Source: a virus
Taxonomy: Duplodnaviria > Caudoviricetes
IMG/VR virus record: IMGVR_UViG_3300042213_000019
Span: 1-27,534 of that record
Strand: one strand, 5' to 3'
DNA length: 27,534 bases
A program made the position numbers and the translations under genes. Shown here piece after piece: positions 24,806 through 27,534 of the stretch. The notes under the pieces are model-generated. The model ran no database searches and was not told the DNA's origin. It saw only the letters and a program-made list of their open reading frames with translations. Numbering within the stretch: position 1 is the first letter of the stretch; each line of letters starts with the position of its first letter.

Positions 24806-24947
24806 GCGGGTCTCGCTGTCTCCTTCGGGTTTCTTGGTCTTGTGGAGTCACCGTCTTTCGGCGTGAGCCGAAGACGCGCTCCCAGTTGTTCTCGAACTCT
24901 TGCTCGGTGATACTACTGGGGCGCCGAGAGTCCCCTTTGCCCGCCAC
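24762..24947 (-). CDS. Small hypothetical phage protein (GKGD.RRP..F..NW..F)
   Basis: GTG at 24947, just after the upstream stop. MAGKGDSRRP..EFENNWERVF resembles a recurrent small phage ORF; the tail overlaps the polymerase start by 44 nt. Confidence 0.6.
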   Translation of the reverse strand: MAGKGDSRRPSSITEQEFENNWERVFGSRRKTVTPQDQETRRRQRDPHGKADLPLDRPGDP

Positions 24948-24954
24948 GGTGCTA

Positions 24955-25065
24955 CTACTCGTCAAACCGGTCGAGGACGGCGTTCAGAAAGACCCCCAGG
25001 AAGTCTGCGAGGAGCATCCCGAAAGCTACCGCCACCATGACCATCAGAAATTCTCCCGCCATCAT
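24955..25065 (-). CDS. 36-aa membrane microprotein
   Basis: MMAGEFLMVMVAVAFGMLLADFLGVFLNAVLDRFDE. GAGGAGGA RBS; overlaps the endonuclease stop. Confidence 0.65.
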   Translation of the reverse strand: MMAGEFLMVMVAVAFGMLLADFLGVFLNAVLDRFDE

Positions 25066-25502
25066 TCCTCCTCGTGGTTGGTATCGCGTTTTCCCGCCTC
25101 GGGCTGCCAACCGATAGCCCGCAGGCTGCCCCAGCGGACGGGCTCCTTCGCCCAAGCCCGGAGCACTTCAGCATCCTTGCCCGAGCACCACTTGAACCCC
25201 TTCTTGTCCGCCCACCCCGCGTAGCTCGTCAGGCTGGACGGAGACAGCCGATTGTACGGCGCCTGGAAGACGAAGCGCAAGTCGATCCCCGGATGCGCGT
25301 CCCGCACCGCAAGACTCTTGGTACGATCGGCCGCGGTGAACTTCCCCTTCGCCTCGATGACGATCCCGTTGTCCAGCACAAAGTCGGGAACGTATCGCCC
25401 CTCCGTCTTGGGGTATTTCAGGTTGAGCGGCTCGTAGGCGACCCCCCGAAGGGGGCCCCCTGCGAGATCAGCCTCGAACTTCGAGCGATAGCGAACCGCC
25501 AT
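25062..25502 (-). CDS. T7 endonuclease I-like Holliday junction resolvase
   Basis: YRSKFE, YE, YVPDF..NGIVIEAKG, DR.K, DLRFVF and Y..WA...GF motifs. Confidence 0.92.
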   Translation of the reverse strand: MAVRYRSKFEADLAGGPLRGVAYEPLNLKYPKTEGRYVPDFVLDNGIVIEAKGKFTAADRTKSLAVRDAHPGIDLRFVFQAPYNRLSPSSLTSYAGWADKKGFKWCSGKDAEVLRAWAKEPVRWGSLRAIGWQPEAGKRDTNHEEE

Positions 25503-26176
25503 CAGTCGATGCCGAGACCCATCGGATCGTCGTCATCCGTGTCCTGGGCCGCCCCGCTCGACTTGCCGCCGTCCATCTCCGGCGGAGTGTCATCGAAATC
25601 CGTCTCCGCGAACGCTTCCGACGCCGGCCGGCGGCCCGCCAACCGCTCGCCCTCGCCCAACTTCTGCACGTTGTTCAGGACGAACGTCACACCCTTGCCG
25701 TCGTCGCGGTCGTACACGTACGGCTTCACGTCGGCGCGAGCGTAGCAGCCGCTGTAGAACTGCTCCTCGTCTTCGAGGACCATCGCCTTGCCGTCCGGTC
25801 CGCGGTAGCGGTCGACCACCCCGGGACGCGACGTCGCCGGAGAGTTGAAGCGCATCATCAGCACCGTGCCCTCCGGCACCTTGCCGTCGTCGATGTCGCT
25901 CTGCAGGCGGTCGCCCTCGATGAACGGCATCCGGATCTTGCCGGCCTTGATCTTCCGGCGGGTGTCGTCGGTGTCTCCCCACTTCTCGTACACCGCGGCA
26001 AGCGCCACCTTCTTCATCTCCTTGATGCTGATTGACCCCCGGGGGACTTCCGCGTCGGCGCTGAACAGCGCCGTGATGCTGAACTTCTTCTTGTCCGGCT
26101 CACTCTTGCTCCCCCGAGGGGTGAACACGTTGGCGTAACTCGACCGGAACTTCGGGGTCAGGATACTCTGGCTCAC
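25502..26176 (-). CDS. ssDNA-binding/annealing protein (DUF2815, T7 gp2.5-like)
   Basis: RSSYANVFTP, KFS, PGVVD, FYSGCYARA, GV...LNNVQKL.EGERL and an acidic tail. AAGGAG RBS. Confidence 0.9.
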   Translation of the reverse strand: MSQSILTPKFRSSYANVFTPRGSKSEPDKKKFSITALFSADAEVPRGSISIKEMKKVALAAVYEKWGDTDDTRRKIKAGKIRMPFIEGDRLQSDIDDGKVPEGTVLMMRFNSPATSRPGVVDRYRGPDGKAMVLEDEEQFYSGCYARADVKPYVYDRDDGKGVTFVLNNVQKLGEGERLAGRRPASEAFAETDFDDTPPEMDGGKSSGAAQDTDDDDPMGLGID

Positions 26177-27432
26177 TCGGCACTCTCCTTCAACTGGTTG
26201 GTACTGCAGGCGGGGGCTTCTTCGAGGGCCTCGATGCCCTGCGGGACCACCGCCTTTGGGTCATCGTCCGTTGTCAGGTTGTACCCCGAAGACTCGCGGA
26301 CGACGAGTTCCTCGGGCAAAGCAACTCCCAGTTTCTTCAAGCTCTTCTCCAGCTGGGCCGGACTCTTGACCGAAGCGGGCTCCATGATTTCGGCCTTCTT
26401 GATCTTGGCGCTCTTGGCCCACTCGATCACCGCCTTCTCGTCCCCCCACTTCCGCATGGCGCGCTTCGGCTTGAGTGCGAACCCGGGGACCGGCCGTCCC
26501 GCTTCGAGTTCACCCATGACCGTGCTCCGCACCGTGTCGATCCACGCCTTGAGCGTCTCCACCCCTCGCATGACCCGACCCAACTCCGCCGGGGTCAAGC
26601 CAACCGGGCTCGCCAGTTCCAGTGGCGCGTCTTCCAGCAGGTCATCGAACCTCACCTGGGCGACAGCCAGCGCCTTGCCCCGGAACTCGTCGCAGGTGAG
26701 CTTCGCCTTGCAGAACACGCAGTGCTTGCCCGCCCGCCGGGGGGCCCCCTGCGCCATCGCGGCGCGAGCGCCGAGGATCAGGTTCCGGGCGAAGTCCTTC
26801 AACTCAGCCAAGGTCAGCGTGGTCGCCCGCAGGGGGCCCTCAGAGTGGAACGCCCTCGGCTGGATGACTACCAGCTCGATCTCGGTGACACGCTCGGCTT
26901 TGGCCCGACTCTCGGCGTACAGGTCCAGCCACGCCAGGACGGCGTAGTAGGCCAGCTGGGGGTTCGGTCCGCCGTCTTCGTCCTCGGCTTCCACGACCAC
27001 GCCCTTCCCGTACTTCAGGTCGACCACCCGCAGCTTGTGAGTCGCGGGGTAGTAGAACCACGCGTCGCAAGTGCCGCCCATCTCCGCCGGCGGACGCATC
27101 GACCGGGGGAGGTACAGCTTGCGCTCCACCCGCACGATCTCCGCGCCCTCGGCGTAGTCCCGGAGAGCGTCGACATAGGTCTCGACGTGGTCCGCCATGT
27201 CCTGTGTGACGACGATCCCCTCGACGCTCTCCCCGACCCACAGCTCCGGGGCCCGGTCGCGCTGGAAGGCGACCTCGGCCAGGGCGTGCGCCGCGGTTCC
27301 CTCCCGAGAATGGATACTGTCCGTATCGGGGAGCCCGCGCTCCGCCTCGATCGACCCGGGGCAAGCCAGCCACCGGCTCGACGACGAGGGGGACAGTTCC
27401 GCGTGTTCCTTTTCTGCGACGGTAGTATTCAC
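26173..27432 (-). CDS. DUF2800 Cas4-like PD-(D/E)XK nuclease
   Basis: HA.LSPS...RW..CPGS, EGTAAH, GTCD, VDLKYGKG, QL..YA, IQPR and HCVFC..K..C. GTG at 27432 with a GGAGG RBS is preferred to 27456. Confidence 0.92.
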   Translation of the reverse strand: MNTTVAEKEHAELSPSSSSRWLACPGSIEAERGLPDTDSIHSREGTAAHALAEVAFQRDRAPELWVGESVEGIVVTQDMADHVETYVDALRDYAEGAEIVRVERKLYLPRSMRPPAEMGGTCDAWFYYPATHKLRVVDLKYGKGVVVEAEDEDGGPNPQLAYYAVLAWLDLYAESRAKAERVTEIELVVIQPRAFHSEGPLRATTLTLAELKDFARNLILGARAAMAQGAPRRAGKHCVFCKAKLTCDEFRGKALAVAQVRFDDLLEDAPLELASPVGLTPAELGRVMRGVETLKAWIDTVRSTVMGELEAGRPVPGFALKPKRAMRKWGDEKAVIEWAKSAKIKKAEIMEPASVKSPAQLEKSLKKLGVALPEELVVRESSGYNLTTDDDPKAVVPQGIEALEEAPACSTNQLKESAE

Positions 27433-27500
27433 GAGGGGTTCGCCTCCGCCAGCCATTCATACGCCACCCAGAGGGCGGTTACCACGATCGCTGCAGCCAT
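27429..27500 (-). CDS. 23-aa hydrophobic microprotein (not in ORF track)
   Basis: MAAAIVVTALWVAYEWLAEANPS. GAGGAGGTG RBS, TGATG overlap upstream and GTGA overlap downstream. Confidence 0.62.
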   Translation of the reverse strand: MAAAIVVTALWVAYEWLAEANPS

Positions 27501-27534
27501 CAGCGCACCTCCTCTTCGTCTTCCCACAGGAGGG
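27500..27534 (-). CDS. 3' end of an upstream gene (partial)
   Basis: ..LLWEDEEEVR-stop, with the TGA overlapping the next ATG. Confidence 0.45.
   Translation of the reverse strand, partial: LLWEDEEEVR

Larger units (their letters stand above)
1..27534. mobile_element. Tailed phage genome segment (podovirus-like; virus or prophage status cannot be determined)
   Basis: Only phage-type genes throughout: capsid, tail, lysis, ejection and replication genes in two convergent arms. No host housekeeping genes, integrase or tape measure gene seen. Confidence 0.96.

Noticed and set aside
26173-27432. CRISPR-Cas adaptation system
   Set aside because: The Cas4-like gene is the usual DUF2800 member of the DUF2800-DUF2815-PolA phage module. 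No array or other cas genes are present.

Overview
GC-rich segment of a tailed dsDNA phage (podovirus-like) with two convergent arms that meet at 20521/20525. The + arm (1-20521) is a tightly coupled late operon: scaffold (5' partial), major capsid, head-tail adaptor, a modular tail-fibre/receptor-binding block with a lower-GC insert, a lysis cassette (two membrane proteins, GH108 endolysin, spanin-like protein), a metallophosphoesterase plus winged-HTH pair, a tail nozzle and several Gly/Ala-rich ejection-type proteins. The - arm (20525-27534) is a replication module: PrimPol-SF3 primase/helicase, family A DNA polymerase, T7 endonuclease I-like nuclease, DUF2815-like ssDNA-binding protein and DUF2800 Cas4-like nuclease. 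The best leads are (i) a shared 'MTIPxGLL'/'GLL' signature on the ejection-type proteins, one of which carries a globular, possibly SAM-lyase-like cargo domain, (ii) a structured tRNA-like RNA behind the capsid gene, (iii) a spanin candidate with an N-terminal TM helix and C-terminal beta-hairpin but no lipoprotein partner, (iv) a duplicated adaptor-plus-tip fibre architecture with a lyase-like tip, and (v) several microproteins missed by the ORF track. All family calls come from motif recognition by eye; no searches were run.
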